This document shows positions 24,822-39,779 of a stretch of 64,000 bases of DNA, in pieces. The notes under the pieces are model-generated. The model saw only the letters and a list, made by a program, of their open reading frames with translations, was not told the DNA's origin and did no database searches. Source of the DNA: Dipteris shenzhenensis (Eukaryota). Every line of letters begins with the position of its first letter. Position 1 is the first letter of the stretch. A program made the translations under genes and the position numbers. The stretch lies in assembly GCA_047967505.1 (NCBI GenBank), contig CM106538.1, one strand, 5' to 3'.

Positions 24822-27800
24822 TGTAAGAAAACAATACAATGTCCATGCTCAACAGATAACAGGATCTCATATGCAAGAGAGAAAAGCAGATAGTATGGAG
24901 AAACAAAAGTTTTATTCTATAAAATTGATACAATAGATGGCACTGCCTCCCAGCCATGCGCTCCTGTGTGAGAAGCTTCGATGGCATGCTAGAAACAATA
25001 GAGGACGGAGGTTAGATGCTAAGGAATTAGGGTTGTTGTAGCCAGCGATGATATGGGCTTCATGGGCTTGCTCTTATATAGCCACCAATCGTAGTTGGTT
25101 AGACCCAATTGGGTGACCGACCCAGTCCGCCCAAAACAGCCGACTGGAGGTTGGTCCTGAAATAGGCCACCGACCACATGATAGAACTATGGCGTAGAGC
25201 CATCCGAGATCATCTGGGGCTCCAAACGGGCCCCGCAGCTTGAGAGTGGGCTGCCCTGAGAAATGCTCCGTCCACCCTCAGTGCGGTCAGTCATGGGATG
25301 CCTTCCTACACTTGCATGTAGCCTAGTTGGTAGTGTGCCAACTCTATTTGAAGCCATCTAGCCATCAAGCCACACATGGCCCCCATTTGGTGTCCAAACC
25401 AAGACCTACCAGATAACTGAGCTACTCAAATGCCTTCTCCTCATATGGGGTCTTACAATTAGAGTTAGTTGGTTCCCGCATAGTTACATGAGAGTGGAGC
25501 ATTGATATCTAACACCCCCCCTCAATGTCCGCCTGCAAGTGAACTTACTTTTTCGGCCCAATGCCAAGTCGATGAAGATGCCACTCCAGCAAGTCTCTTC
25601 CAAGAGCCTTCATGAAGATGTTTGTAGCATTCTCTGTAGTCGGACAGTACACCAAGTCGACCTCTCCATCCATGATGAGCTCGCGTACAAAGTGATATTG
25701 AATCTCAATGTGTTTTGTGCGAGTGTGGAATACAGGGTTCTTTGCAATTGCCATGCAACTCTAATTGTCACATGATAACTGCGTAGGTTTGTTCTACACT
25801 GCACCCATGTCTCCTAAAATCCTCCTCAACCACACTGCCTCACAAGAGGCAAAACATGTTGATTTGTACTCAGCCTCGATAGAAGAAAGAGCAACTGTGG
25901 GTTGCTTCTTATTGACCCATGATACAGCTCCAGATCCAAGTGAGAAACAGTAACCTGTCACTGATTTCCTGATGTCCACGTCTCCTGCCTAATCCAAGTC
26001 ATAGAATTAGGTCAAGTTGTTGCCCTTGGTATAGGTGATGCCATAATCAAGTGTGCCTTTGATGGATTTCAGCACTCACATCCCTACCCTCCAATGGTTC
26101 TCCTGGGGCTTATTAGAAAACCTGCTTAGTACACTAGTCGTGAAACTGATGTCCGGCCGTGTGTTGCACAAGTAAATCAAACTACCCACAAGCCTTCTGT
26201 ACTTTGCTTTGTCCACCAATGGTGATGAATCCTCGTTTGAGAGCTTCACGTCAACCTCCATAGGAGTGCCAACTGCTGTCTTGCACACAGCCATGCCAAA
26301 TGCCTTCAGTATCTCTCCAACATACTTTAGCTGTGAGATGAAGATCTGTTTTGGCTCTTACCAAACTTCAATCCCCAAACAGAAATGCATCAATCTGAGG
26401 TCTGTCATTTCAAACTCTCTTCCTAGCAACTGCTTTGTCTATGAGATATTTTCTTCATGGTTCCCTGTTATGACAAGATCGTCCACATAAAGGACCATGA
26501 TCATACACCTATCTCCTTCTCTGTAGATATACAAATTTGCATCAGATGGGCTCCTCCTGAACCCGTTTTGTAGAAAGTAGGCATCAATCCGCTGGTACCA
26601 CGCTCGTGGGGCTTGTTTCAGCTCGTAAAGTGCCTTCTTCAGTTTACAGACTTTACCTTCTGAACTGAGGATCAAACGGGGGATCACAAAACCTAGTGGT
26701 TGTTCCACGTATACCTCCTCCTTGAGATCTCCATTCAGAAAGGTGGATTTTACATCCATCTGAAACACGGGCCGGCTTTCCTATACTACTAAAGCCAAAA
26801 CACTGTGAATTGTGGTTAGTCGAGCTGTGGGAGCAAAACTATCCTGATAATCAAAACCATGTACCTATGCGAATCCTTTTGCCATGAGCCGAGCCTTGTA
26901 CTTATCCAATGTGCCATCGGACTTGTACTTGGTCTTGTACACCCACTTGGTGCCGATTACCTTGCATTTTGGTGGTCGATCCACAAGGTCCCAAGTGTTG
27001 TTCTTCATTATGGAGCCATACTCCGATTGCATAGCCTCCATCCACCTATCATCACCCTGTGCTTCTTCAAGACACTTGGGTTCTTCAGCATAGATCACCT
27101 CTGTCATCAAAGCGTAGTTGACCAAGTGTTCCTATGCCCTTTTTTGCTCCTCTAATCTCTTGGACCGGCGATGTTCGGATGATTCTCCTCAATGGCTAGA
27201 GGTTCTCTGCCATCCAAAAGCTGCTTTACCCACTTTGGGAGTGGCCATTGCCATTGTGGTTCTACAGGCTCTTCTTCCTCTTCTTTATCTCGAATCCTCC
27301 CAAGCACTGTTGGGGAGTTCGGTCTGCTGTTGCGACTTACTATTATCTTCTTAGTAACAGAATTATAGAGACAGTAACCCTTCGCCTCTTCACTATAGCC
27401 CAAGAAAATACACTTCCGGCTCTTCGGTTCCCATTTAGTCCTGTTAGCATCAGGGACATGCACAAAACAATCACATCCAAAAACTCTGAAATGTACAGCT
27501 GAAGGTTTCTTACCAAAAAAGGCCTGCAGTGGAGTCATCTCAGCCTTCGTGTAGCTGTTACTGCAAAAGTCACGAGATCAAGAGGCAGAAACCCTCACCA
27601 CATACACCATAGCAAAATGGAGTAGCAGAATGCAAGATGCACATCATCTGCGAAATGGGTAGGAGTATGCTGAAAGGGAAAGATTTGCCAAAGACTTTCT
27701 AGGTTGAAGCATGTAACACGACAGTTATTGATGTGAACTCTCCACCTCTGTCTGATCTCAATTTCTTCACCTTCCTCCTCGTTTCTTTCTCGACCATTAC

Positions 27801-30225
27801 ATGCCATTCTTTGAACTTACTAAAAGCCTCATCTTTAGTCTTCAGGAAGTATATCCATATCCTTCTACTATAGTCGTTGATCAGCGTCATGAAGTAGTAG
27901 GAACCACCCAAAGCTTCCGTCTCCATCTTTCCACAAAGGTCCGTGTGAATGAGCTCTAGAGGAGCCTTTGCCCTACTGGCCTCTTTAGGAAAGGGCTGCC
28001 GATGCTGCTTGCCCATTATGCAAGCTTCACATACATCGGGTAGATCTATAATTTCTGGTAGGTCTGCAATCATTCCATTTTTATGCATCTCCTTTAAAGA
28101 ACTAAGGTTTAGATGACCAAACCTCTCATGCCACAGCTTAGTGTTGCTCACATCGGCTTGAGCACTGAAAGCTAAGAGTTCGTAGATGTTGTTGCACTGT
28201 GTACCTTTACCAATGACCTTCCCTTGAAGATCCAAAATCTGTGCGCCATTCTTATCGAAGTGAACTTTGAGGTCCCGATCCGTGATCGCAGAAATGGACA
28301 ACAAGTTCCTCTTGATATCTGGCACATAAAGAACATCGGACAACTGTTTTACAACTCCATCTAACTTGAGCGCAATCGTACCTTTTCCTTTTGCTGGACA
28401 TTTTGCATCATTGCCGAGTGCTACCAAGATGTCATTCCCTACTAGATGTAGAGAGGTATACCAATCCTTCCGACTGGTCATGTGGTGCAATACACCACTA
28501 TCAATAATCCAAGGTTCATCTGCAGGTACATGAAGTACCTCCGTGCAAATCTTCTCAATTGCTATGAACATCTCTACTGGTACTGCCTGCGTGCTCTTGT
28601 TGGACTCTTTCTTTACTCCGTTCTTCTCATCTGCAATCTTCTTCTGACACTCATTCTGCTTGTGCCCTGCCTTGTTGCAATAGAAGCACTTGATCTTCTT
28701 CTTTCTCTTTTTATCATCAGAAGAAGATGGGTTACCAAAGTCCTTACCCTTACCTTTCTTTAATCCAGCAGAGAAAGCCGCTTCTCTAGTCCTCGTCTTT
28801 TGACGCATCTCCTCCAGAAGCATTGCGCTGAAATCCTCAAAGTTGAGCGGCGGATTTTTGTTCTACGCATTCAGTACCGTAACAAGACCATCGTACGTTG
28901 GTGGGAGAATCCATATGCAGCTTCATGCTAGATTCTCATTGGTGATGGTGATGCCAATCACAGTCATCTGGTCGCGCAGATTCTTCACCCTGGTGATGAA
29001 CTTCTCTGTTATTTCAGACTCATACAGTTTCTTGTTCGTGAGTTGAGTCTCCAAATTCTGAATCCGCGTCTGATTTGTGGTCTCGTACTAATTCTTCAAG
29101 ACCGTCCATGCCTCCTCCGTTGTGGTGACATGTTGAATTAATGCCATGATAGAATCACTTACACTGCATACAATAGAACACAGTGCATCTGCATTTCTTC
29201 TTGTCCACACGAGAATCTCATCCGTAGTTGGTACTATCTGTTGTCCTGCATTGGTTGGATTCGGTCTCGCAACTGGCTTCACGTCCACCCCAGTAGCAGT
29301 ATCCCAAAGCTCGTATGCACTTAGGATGGTCTTCATCTTGAACTTCCAGAGTGGATAGTTAGTGCCGTCCAACTTTTTGCTTTCGTCGAACGGTGGGATT
29401 CGCAGTCTTGCGGGCTGGGCCATCTCTCACAATCTGCTTGCAAATAGAAACACACTACCAAATCTTCTTGCTAGAGTCCAAGCTCTAATACCATGTAAGA
29501 AAACAATACAACGTTTGTGCTCAACAGATAACAGGATCTCGTATGCAAGAGAGAAAAGCAGATAGTATGGAGAATCAAAAATTTTATTACTATAAAACTG
29601 ATACAATAGATGGCGCTGCCTCCCAGCCGTGCGCTCCTGTGTGAGAAGCTTTGATGGCATGCTGGAAACAATAGAGGATGGAGGCTGGATGCTAAGGAAT
29701 TAGGGTTGCTGTAGCCAATGATGATATGGGCTTCACGGGCTTGTTCTTATATAGCCACCAGCCATAGTCGGTTAGACCCGATTGGGTGACCGACCCAGTC
29801 CACCCAAAACGGCTGACTAGAGGTTGGTCTCGAAATAGGCCACCGACCACACGATAGAATCATGGCCCAGAATAGAGCAACTTACCTACAATGTACGTTC
29901 GGCCCAGAGCCATCCAGGATCATCTAGGGCTCCAAACAGGCCCCGCAGCCCGAGAGTGGGCTACCCCAAGAAATGCTCCATCTACCCTCAGTGCGATTAG
30001 TCATGGGATGCCTTCCCGCACTTGCATGTAGCCTAGTTGGCGGTGTGCCAACTCTACCTGAAGCCGTTTAGCCATCAGGTCACACATGGCCCCCATTTGG
30101 TGTCCAAACAAGGACCTACCAAATAACCGAGCTACTCAAATGCCTTCTCCTGATATGGGGGGCTTACAAGTAGAGTTAACTGGTTCCCGTGTAGTTACAC
30201 GAGAGTGGAGCATTGATATCTAACG
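24822..30225 (-). mobile_element. Full-length decayed Ty1/Copia LTR retrotransposon
   Basis: LTRs at 24822-25514 and 29494-30225. 5-bp TSD ATGGG (24817-24821, 30226-30230). PBS TGGTATTAGAGC at 29482-29493; PPT at 25515-25525. Confidence 0.97.
25545..29423 (-). pseudogene. Copia gag-pol polyprotein with stops and frameshifts
   Basis: Gag KLDGTNYPLWK, zinc knuckle CFYCNKAGHKQNEC, protease WIIDSG, LWHERFGH, integrase LRSDRGGEF, RT YKARL..KGF and LYVDDL, RNase H RTKHIEIQYHFVRE. Confidence 0.95.
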
Positions 30226-31819
30226 ATGGGAATCTGCAAATTTTTGAAAAGCACAACAACACTCTTCAAAAATACGCACAAACTCTCAAAACTCACAAAC
30301 AAAAGAGACAGAACAAGCGTGCTAGGTACAATCTCCCCCCATAGGTGTGGTGCTTTCCTTCCATCTCCTATGTATTTATGTATATTCCCCAAAAAGCTTT
30401 CGAGCAAGAATCATACAAAAGCCCGTGTGCTTTCCTTTATACACCCTTTTACAAAAAGCCCATCGACCTTCTAGAATAGCTAGCTTTTTCTAACTTTAGT
30501 TTATACACTTAGCCAAGCCACTAATATTCCAAAATTCAAATATGTACATAATCAAAAATTAGGCATAAGCCTTATTCATCCCCGCATCACTACAGTTGCA
30601 CCTATGCCCCAAAATATGGTGGATCATGCTTGCCAAATGCCATTGCCCGATCAATTACTTTTCCCCTGGATTAACATGATCAATAGTAATGAAATATTTC
30701 AAGCATAAGATAACCTTGGAATTAATCACCACAATCAATCAACCTTTCAATATTATAGCAATGCAAAATCAATAAATCACAGATGAATGGTGCACACATG
30801 TGACACATACCATCTCATGGTGCACCTAATGCTACACATGAATAAACGGATGGTGTGCACATGCTACACATACCGTTATCGCATAAGTGGTGCACACAAT
30901 GCTACTCACTCATACAGCCGCGCAGCTATATATCCAACCATGTAGGAGCACACATGCATCACTATGGAACAACGAGCACACATGCATCAGTTGCGCGACA
31001 AAAATGATGGATCTCACTAAACTAAATACTAAAGGATTAAATTAATGGGATAATTCCAATTCTCGCAACAGTAGTTATTCCCAAAGATCTTCAGATGCAC
31101 AATGCCCCACACTTACAATAACAAACACCACACAACATAGTTAACATACATATGCAAATTGTTATGGACATTATATTTTTTGCAAAGTACTCCATGGAGC
31201 CACACCAGACTTGGTTGCAATTGTAGATGATACTTTGCATAGTTTAGTTAAGGATGCCTAACTAATGCTATGTTTTGCCATTCTAGATGGTCAATGTTTA
31301 AGGTGATTTCATGTTAATGCTGATGTCACTAGTGTTATTGGTGTTAGCTTTTATTATTTATGTTAAGTGCAAGTATATTGGGATTTGATGAACTCGGTTC
31401 CATTGAGAGTCAACAACGTGATTGTGTCTTCAGTATCCTTGCTCTTAAAAGAGACAACCACACCACCTATAAACACCCTTCTTGAAGTGTACAATCCAAA
31501 GCATACATATGTCACATGGTGTTTAGAAGAAACAATTTAATACACTTACTTGATGCAAATCAATGTTTGCCCGCAAAGCATATTGCAACCTTGTACATTT
31601 CCACGTTCACACAAGGAAAATATACCTTGGAAGGCATCATGAAAAAAATATACAGAATCAAATCTAACTACCGACCAACACCTCCACCAACAAGCTCAAA
31701 GAAAGCAACCTTGTACACACAACCACCATCCACTGGAAGCATTCCAGATGTAGGCTGCAGTATTAAGCTCAATCGCAAGTGCTAAAGAGAATTGTCTTGA
31801 GCACAATTGATATATGAAA

Positions 31820-34800
31820 GGCAAATCTTGGACACACCTAGCTTTGAATGCCTTTGTCGTGGCTCTTTAATTTTTTCATTAGCAATGAAGAAAGTGCCAC
31901 AATAAGTTGATAATCAATCAAGGCATTGACACCTTAAATGTTCTAGCCAACAAGAGGAAATTATGCTCACATTGCTACTCTAATCTCAAGTGAGGCAAGG
32001 TTCCTAAGTTCTACAAGGCAAAAATGCCAATGAATCAAGAAACATCATGCACACAAAAACTAAATAACCTTGAAGCACATCTTACATCTTGTTTCCATAC
32101 AAATTCCCTTCACTCAAATCAGACAACTAAGCTAAGAACAACAATTAGGCCTCCACAACAGTGTGGTGAACTTGTTTGCTAATGTTGCAAGGGTGCAGCT
32201 CATGTTGCCATGCTTCTTGACCAAATATGCAACCTAACACTTGCCATCAAACGTAAATTGAGTTACAAGCACATTTACATGAGTGGATTGGTGCGCCTAT
32301 TGCTAACAATGCGATGAGCTTCTCGCAACACCATTGTACAAAGACAAACAATGAGTAGCTAAAACCACTATGGGAAAACCAGATCCGCATGCTCCAAGCA
32401 CAAGAGGAGCAAGAAATAAACATTGAGCGAGATCCAACAAACTTCTTTGAAGATGATCTTCAAACTGACACTTTGGTTCATGGCATATATACTAGCCAAC
32501 AAGTTGTAGACTCTGAAGACCAAATTATAAATGTTCACCTTTCGAGGGATTTCCACAACTAGGAATTTTCAAGAACTCTTTTTGTGAAGAGCTATCATTC
32601 CCAAAGGTGTTTTAAGGCCACAAACACATGTACACACTCACAGAGCAGACATCATACAAACGCAAACCACCAATTTGCTCTTTGCACTGAGAACTTTTTC
32701 TTCAAAAGGATAAAAATATTGATGCATCAAGTTCTATCATCTGCATGAGTCCGCATGTGAAAAGGAAAAGCCTAAGGACAAATGCTTTACGCAAAAGAAG
32801 CGTTAGTGGACACCAACATTGAGTGACTCTTGAATTTGAATGTTAGGTTCTGTGACTTCAAACAATTGTGAACATCAACAGACTATAAGAACTACCTCAA
32901 AAAGAATTTTTTTGCAATGCTGAGACAACTAGGACCATCGTGTTTCTTCGTGACATTATTGGTAGTAGTGAAGAAACTCTAGCAACCTTTGCAACAATGC
33001 TTGCATTCGCTAAACCCAACCATCAACACATCACATTTTTTGAGCAAGGACCTCTTGTTATGAGAACTAGTACATTCAAATCTAGTTACAACTGCTCAAT
33101 ATTATGTGCATAAATTTCAAGCCCTCAAAACATTGCTCAAGAAAGACATGACCATACTTGGTTAGCTACAAGATTTCTTCTTCGTTTTACTAAATTCCAA
33201 ATAGAGGAAACCAGCAAGACCACAGTCTTTTGTGGGTTAAAGAAGCCCCGACTTTTGGCAAAGATTCAGCTGAAGCCATAGAGATATTCATCTCGACAAG
33301 CTCATTACTACTAACATCACAAGGTTTCCACTTCAAAACAAAGAAATGCAAACACACAAACATTGCAAGACTTGTCGAAGAACATACAATTCTTGTAGGT
33401 TTGGTTTTCCACTCCACCCATGGGTTTAACCCAAATTTTACTTCCACTTGAGTCTTCACAAAAGAGGAAAAAGCAATCAAAGATTTTAAAGCGCATCAAT
33501 GAAAATGATGCCACACTTTCACTGACATTCGACATGTCCCTCAAAAACCTCGACTTGACCCACAATGAATACACCTATGCCTTGCGTGCATCTATTTCTC
33601 AGCCCGCTTTATTGCTTCAAAGGCATCCAAAAGATATGTACACCAACAACTTCAACCCTACTCTCTCGAGACTATGGGGGGAAAACACGGACATTCAATT
33701 TTTACTCAATCCACATTGCATTGCTACATATTGCACATCTTACATCACCAAAATAGACAAAGAAGCTACAACAGCTGTCAAAGAAGCCATGACCCTTGCC
33801 ATGAGCTTGAATGCACCAGCAAATGAACACATATGATGAGTTGGCAATGCCATAATTAACACACAACACATTAGCTCCCAACAAGCTGTATACTTGGCAC
33901 TATCCCTACCACTTACGAGCTCCACACGTGAAATTTAGTACATCAACACAAACCCTCTTGAAGAAAGGACACTAGTGCTAAAAAGACGACACCAACTCCA
34001 ACATTTAAACCCCAACATCACAAACATTTTCTTTGAATGCATTGTCATAAAGTATTTGCGTCGTGATGTGAGTTTAGGAGATATGTGCCTCTCAACACAT
34101 TTGCTAGCAAAAACAATTTGACAATAGCATGCACTATGAAGACAAAGAACCCCGAGATAATACGTTACAACAACTATAGTCTTTACAAAGAACCAAAGAA
34201 TCATTACAGATAGATTTTTTAAATGTTCTTACCCTTCAACAATACCGAACTAGCACTTATCGAATCCATGGCAACATGGCAAAACATATAGTCGACACAT
34301 GTATAAACAATAAATTCAAACATAGCAAAATACAACAGGCTAACATCAAAGGTCTCTTCCCAAAAACCAACAAGCAGTGCTACGAACACTTCCTTATTAA
34401 CAACCACAACAAACTCAAACATGGAGACACATAATGTTGGTATGGACATGAACCTACGAAGTAGAACAAATCAGTTTCACAATGCTAATCCTCATATGTA
34501 CAAGCTCATGCCAAACACAAAATGTCATTTTGCTATGAGGAAACTAAACGCAAAGGACATCATGCTCAAAAAACGAATACTTCCAAGCAACCATGTACAT
34601 TTGTTTCTAATGGGCAATGTAGGTACCATAAAAAAATTCACACTCGTGTTGCTACTACAAGCACTACTGAGGCATTACACACACAAACAAGCTACCAATA
34701 TAGACTTACCTAGAGCATTGTTGCTTGCGTACACTAGTAAGGATGCATTCAACATTGGGGGAGCTACAATCCATGCGGCATTGCACCTTCCACTAATATG

Positions 34801-35910
34801 TTATGCCTACATATGCCTCTCGGCCAAGAAACTCCAAGAATTGGCTAAGCTTTACAAAAACTTAGAGCTCATCATCTTCGATGAAGTGTCCTTGATTGGG
34901 TGCAACACATTCATTGCTGTGGACATGCACTTAAGAGAGAACAAGCACAACCACTTGTAGCCATTCAGAGGTCTTGATGTGCTACTTTGTGGTGATCTAT
35001 GCCAAGCTAGCCCCACTAAGGATACATGGATTTTTGTGGAACATTCGCACACCACATCACTCATGTCATCCTTTTGGCAAGAAAATGTCATGCTCAATGA
35101 GCATAAATAGCCCATGAGGCAAAAAAACCACGACTTCCTCAATAAACTCAACAACATTAGAATTAGAGTGCACACCGAAGATGACATGTCATATATCAAC
35201 GAACACTACTTGCAAAACCTAAAATGAAAAGAAACAATTTCCCACTTGCACAAATGCCACAAAAGACAAGCTCAATGAAGAAGCTTTCTCCTTTTACAAG
35301 GAAATCCACACATCTTGCATGCTAGCGATAAAGGCCACAAAACACGCAACAAAATAATAAACATTCTAGCAGACCCAAAAAACACAGGCGGGCTTCACTC
35401 TACACTATTGCTCAAACCTGGAATGTTGATAGAAATTTGTTCAGGCAATCTCGACATCACTGATGGCTTGGTAAATGGAGCAGATGGAACCTTCATGGAT
35501 TCCAACATGGAGAATGAACAACCAGTGGTGTGGATTTTGTTCAATAGTGCAAAAGTCAAGTAGCAAATTTATTCACACAATGGGTTACTATATAAAAACC
35601 AGACCCCACGTGAGTGGACTCCACTTCAATGAATAACATATGAATTCCATATGGGAAAGAACAACTCCAAAACATTTGTCAATGCCAATTTCCCATCCAA
35701 CCCACAACAGCAGGAACAATACATTGCTTGCAAGGTTTGTCGATGGACTCCCTCGCGTTCGACCCAACAAACATCAAATCTCATGGCCTTGTGTACACAA
35801 CCCTTTCAAGTGTGTGAGATCCAATGAACCTCTACATACTTAAGCCAATAGAAGGAAAACATATCAAAGTTGACAACTTAGTGCTAGAAGTAATGTCTCG
35901 TTTGCAAGGA
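31820..35910 (+). pseudogene. Helitron-like (Helentron type) Rep/HUH + Pif1 helicase, heavily decayed
   Basis: In order: LCSHCYSNLK*GKVP, IPFTQIRQL, KRKLSYKHIY..LVR, FAMLRQLGPSCFFVT, NRGNQQDHSLLWVKEAP (HUH motif 2), NNFNP..ENTDIQF..YCTSYITK (motif 3). Helicase motifs AFNIGGATIH, IIFDEVSLIG, GDLCQ, DGLVNGADG, QFPIQ..TIH. Confidence 0.9.
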
Positions 35911-35974
35911 AACAAACATTGGGTGGTAGCTCAAGCAAACCTCTCAGACACCTCACTTTTCCTATAACTAATAT

Positions 35975-36075
35975 AATCTTTAAACACATGTGCATATCAT
36001 TGACACTTTCTTGACATACAAAATAGTCCAAGCCTACTAAGCGCGACCATACTATGTCTACAAGAGGTGCACATT
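35975..36075 (+). pseudogene. APE-type endonuclease, N-terminal half (Helentron C-terminal domain)
   Basis: HFLDIQNSPSLLSATILCLQEVH directly after the helicase matches the D..I.CL.E pattern at the start of exonuclease-endonuclease-phosphatase domains. Confidence 0.65.
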
Positions 36076-36126
36076 GCAACAACTGAATCCATTTCCATAC
36101 CACGGTTCATTTCTTTAGGCAAGTAG

Positions 36127-38228
36127 CATAGCAAGATCAATTCAAAATTCAAGCTGCCACATGTCATCCTAATTCAAGTGTGTGGTCAAGTGTGTCCTTT
36201 GCTTTTTGCATGTACCTTTGATTTTTCATGGTTTGCTTTTTGCATGGATATCTTGTTAGTTTTAGTAATAACCATCGCCTCCCAGCTTCTGTCTGCATCA
36301 TTCTGACCTTCATAGTTTTTCTCTATCCACGAAGGTATGTCACCTTGCTTGAGATCGAATCGGGACTGGCCAGTGTCCCGAGATTAGCTTTAAGATTCGC
36401 TCTCAAGCTCGCTACTTTGTTCTTCTTTCTTGCTTCGTGCCTTATTCTTCATTGCCAACAACTTGTCTCTCATCTGCCGCAGTTGCGCGTTCATCTCCTC
36501 ACAAGAAACACTAGAGCAAGCTTACACTTACACTGCACCTACAAACCCACCTTCTTCTTGGCCGCTGGCTTCAATTTTTCATTTCTTCATTTCCTTGCTC
36601 AGAGTTATCGTACGTTTGTGGTAGCACATTTCTTTAGTTGCTCGTACGTTTCCCTACTCATATGCCATAGCTGCAACACTCCTCCATGTTCATCCATGAA
36701 GCCTTCGTATATAGACAAGACCTAAATAGAAGGACGCCTTTACTTTAGAAGTGGGGAAAGAAACTATATAGAGAGCATAGATCTCATTGTAACATGGCCC
36801 CATACGAAAGCTAGCATCGATTTGAGCAAAATTTTGGAGAGCCACTGCAAGGAGTAGAATTTACATAGGCAGCTATGCGAGCTGAGAGGCAATCGGATCA
36901 GTGAAGAAACAAAAAACCAATTCATTCACCCACTCGATAGCTCTGTAATATACATTTCCAGCATCAATTCATATTCATTGCTATAGCTAACGTTTCTAGC
37001 ATCAATTCATATTCGTTGCCATAACTATCACCCACACGATTGAATTATGATATATGTGCCATCAGAGTGTTCTCCAGGAGCGAGCAAAACCAGCGCTTCC
37101 TAGACTCGATGAGTGGGAGATAGAAGCAAATCTATGTTAGGAGGTGGATAAAAAAGGAGAAAGCGAGATGGTACAAGGCATCATAGCAAGATCAGTTCAA
37201 AATTCAAGCCGTGGCTGAGCCACATGTCATCCTAATTCAAGTGTGTCACCCTAATTCAAGGAGTGGGTCCTTTGCGTGTCCTTTGCTTTTTGATGGTTTG
37301 CTTTTTGCATGGATATCTTGTTAGTTTTAGTAATAACCATCGCCTCCCAGCTTCTGTCTACATCGATCTAGCCTTCATAGTTTTTCTCTATCCATGAAGG
37401 TCTGTCACCTTGCTTGAGATCGACTGGCTAGTGTCTTGAGATCAGCTCTAAGGTTCACTCTCAAGCTCACTACTTTGTTCTTCTTTCCTGCTTTGTGCCT
37501 TATTCTTCATCGCCAATAGCTTGTCTCTTGTCTACCATAGTTGCGCGTTCATCTCCTCACAAGCAGCACTAGAGCTTACACTACACCTACAAACCCACCT
37601 TCTTCTTGGCCGTTGGCTTCAATTTTTTGTTTCTCCGTTTCCTTGCTCAGAGTTCTTGTACATTTGTGGTAGCACATTTCTTTAGTTGCTTGTACGTTTC
37701 CCTGCTCATATGCCATAGCCACAACACTCCTCCATAATCATCCATGAAGCCTTCATATATAGACGAGACCTAAATAGAAGGACTTCTTTACTTTAAAAGT
37801 GGGGAAAGAAATATATAGAGAGCACAAACCTCACGGTAACATGGCCCTAGATGAAAGCTAGCATTGATTCGAGCAAAATTTTGGAGAGCCACTACAAGGA
37901 CCAGAATTTACATAGGTAGCTATGCGAGTTGAGAGGCAATCGGATAAGTGAAGAAACAAAAAATCAATTCGTTCACCCACTCAATGGCTCTACAACACAC
38001 ATTTCTAGCATCAATTCATATCCGTTTCCGTAACTAACGTTTCTAGCATCAATTCATATCCGTTGCTGTAACTATCACACAAGCAAAGATTGAATTATGG
38101 TATCTGCCATCGGAGTGTTCTCTAGGAGCGAGCAAAACCAACGCTTCCTGGAATCGATGAGTAGGAGATAGAAGCAAATCTCTGTTGGGAGGTGGACAAA
38201 AAAGGAGAAAGCAAGATGGTACAAGGCA
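36127..38228. repeat. Tandem duplication of a ~1.05-kb unit
   Basis: 36127-37179 and 37183-38228 align end to end (CATAGCAAGATCA...GATGGTACAAGGCA). Confidence 0.9.
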
Positions 38229-38617
38229 AGTGAGAGACGAAGCTCACGAGGGAGGAAGAGATTCAGATCAGAGATGAAGCGAGGCATGGAGGAATTAGAC
38301 GAGAGATGAAGCGAGAGTGTTGTGGAGCTTATCTCGGTTTTCAACCCTTGCTCTTTTCTCGAATTGATTTCACGACAAGTGACTGTCTTCCTGTGCTGGC
38401 TAGGCCACAATCCGCTGTGAGTTTCTCTATCGCAAGCTTTTCGAAGCACGATGCATGACGAGACGTGCTAACCCCCAATCTTGGATGAGCACCTCTCAAA
38501 TTTGGTTGGCCGATCCCCCCCTCTATCCTGAATCGGGCACAAAAGGAATTCAATATCATATTCCTTGCTACATATAATTCTTCTTCCTTTGTTCTACCTT
38601 AAGTTCTTTGTCTGCAG

Positions 38618-39779
38618 ATTTTCAATCAATTTAAAAACAAAGCTCGATTGGCTCAACAAGATCACGAGAAATCAGCAAAAAGAAGGAAGGGACAAAGTTA
38701 CTTCTTGTATACAGCTCAGATGCGACTCACAAATATGGCAGGAAAAGAGTTAATAGAATACATTTACGGATGGAGCACACTACAAGAGTTGAGGATTTTC
38801 ATGGACGACAATCAATAAGACGTACAACAATGGAAAGAAGGACAAAAATCTGAGGGTTGATGGTAAATATCATGGATGTTTGGCTTTACAAATTCAAATT
38901 TCCTTTCATGTTCCAAAACTCAATACAAGAATGATGCAGGACTAACAAAGTACCTTATTCAAAAAATCACAAATAAGGACGATCTCATTATTCCAAATGA
39001 TGTTGAGAACAGAAGCACAAGCTGTAATTGATCAACATTCAGAAGGGATTTCAACTTACTGCCTTGAAGCTCTTCATTTTGGACACAACATCGGCTTGGA
39101 TGAACTCCTCAAAATAGATCAAAAAACTGGAAGTATGGTACTAACAGAGTTCAACAACATGTGCCAAAGTGATTAAACGAAAAAAGGAAAGGAGTTGCTG
39201 ATTACAATAGAACGTGTGACTGCTGTTATTGATCTCGATTTCGCAAAACAAGCATACGGTGAAAATTTTGATTTCTTCTTGACTCCACGAAAGACCGATG
39301 TAACACCACCACCTACAGGTAAATCCTTCACTACAAATCTTACAAAACATGCTATCTTCATTCTCACATAATCATGAAATAACTCATAGCTCTTGAATGT
39401 TGTATTACACATAGGAAAGCGCAACGAAGACAAAGAAGCAAGCACAGAGGGCCCTTATTACGTATACTATATTCAATGCATTCCTACAACAAAGCGATAT
39501 ATTGAACAAACTAGTGACCTTCACAAACGGCTTGCACAACATAGAACTAACCCTCCTTTGAAAATGAAACCGGATGTCAACAGGTACAAACCGTTCGACA
39601 AGAATTTCAAACCAGAAGTCCTAAGAACAATGGACAAAAAATGCAAGGCAAATACACTGGAGCAAAAATTCACAAAAGACTTCAACACAACTGACTCGGC
39701 AAGTGGCTACAACAATCTCCATGGAAATCCATCATCTACAAAAAAATACTACTTCCTCAAAAATAGAGACATAGTCTAG
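38618..39779 (+). pseudogene. Intron-containing gene ending in a GIY-YIG nuclease domain
   Basis: Last exon 39415-39779 reads YYVYYIQCIPTTKRYI(E)QTSDLHKRLAQH...LEQKFTKDFNT..GYN. An in-phase GT-AG intron at 39319-39414 joins it to an upstream frame that has a few stops. Confidence 0.75.
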
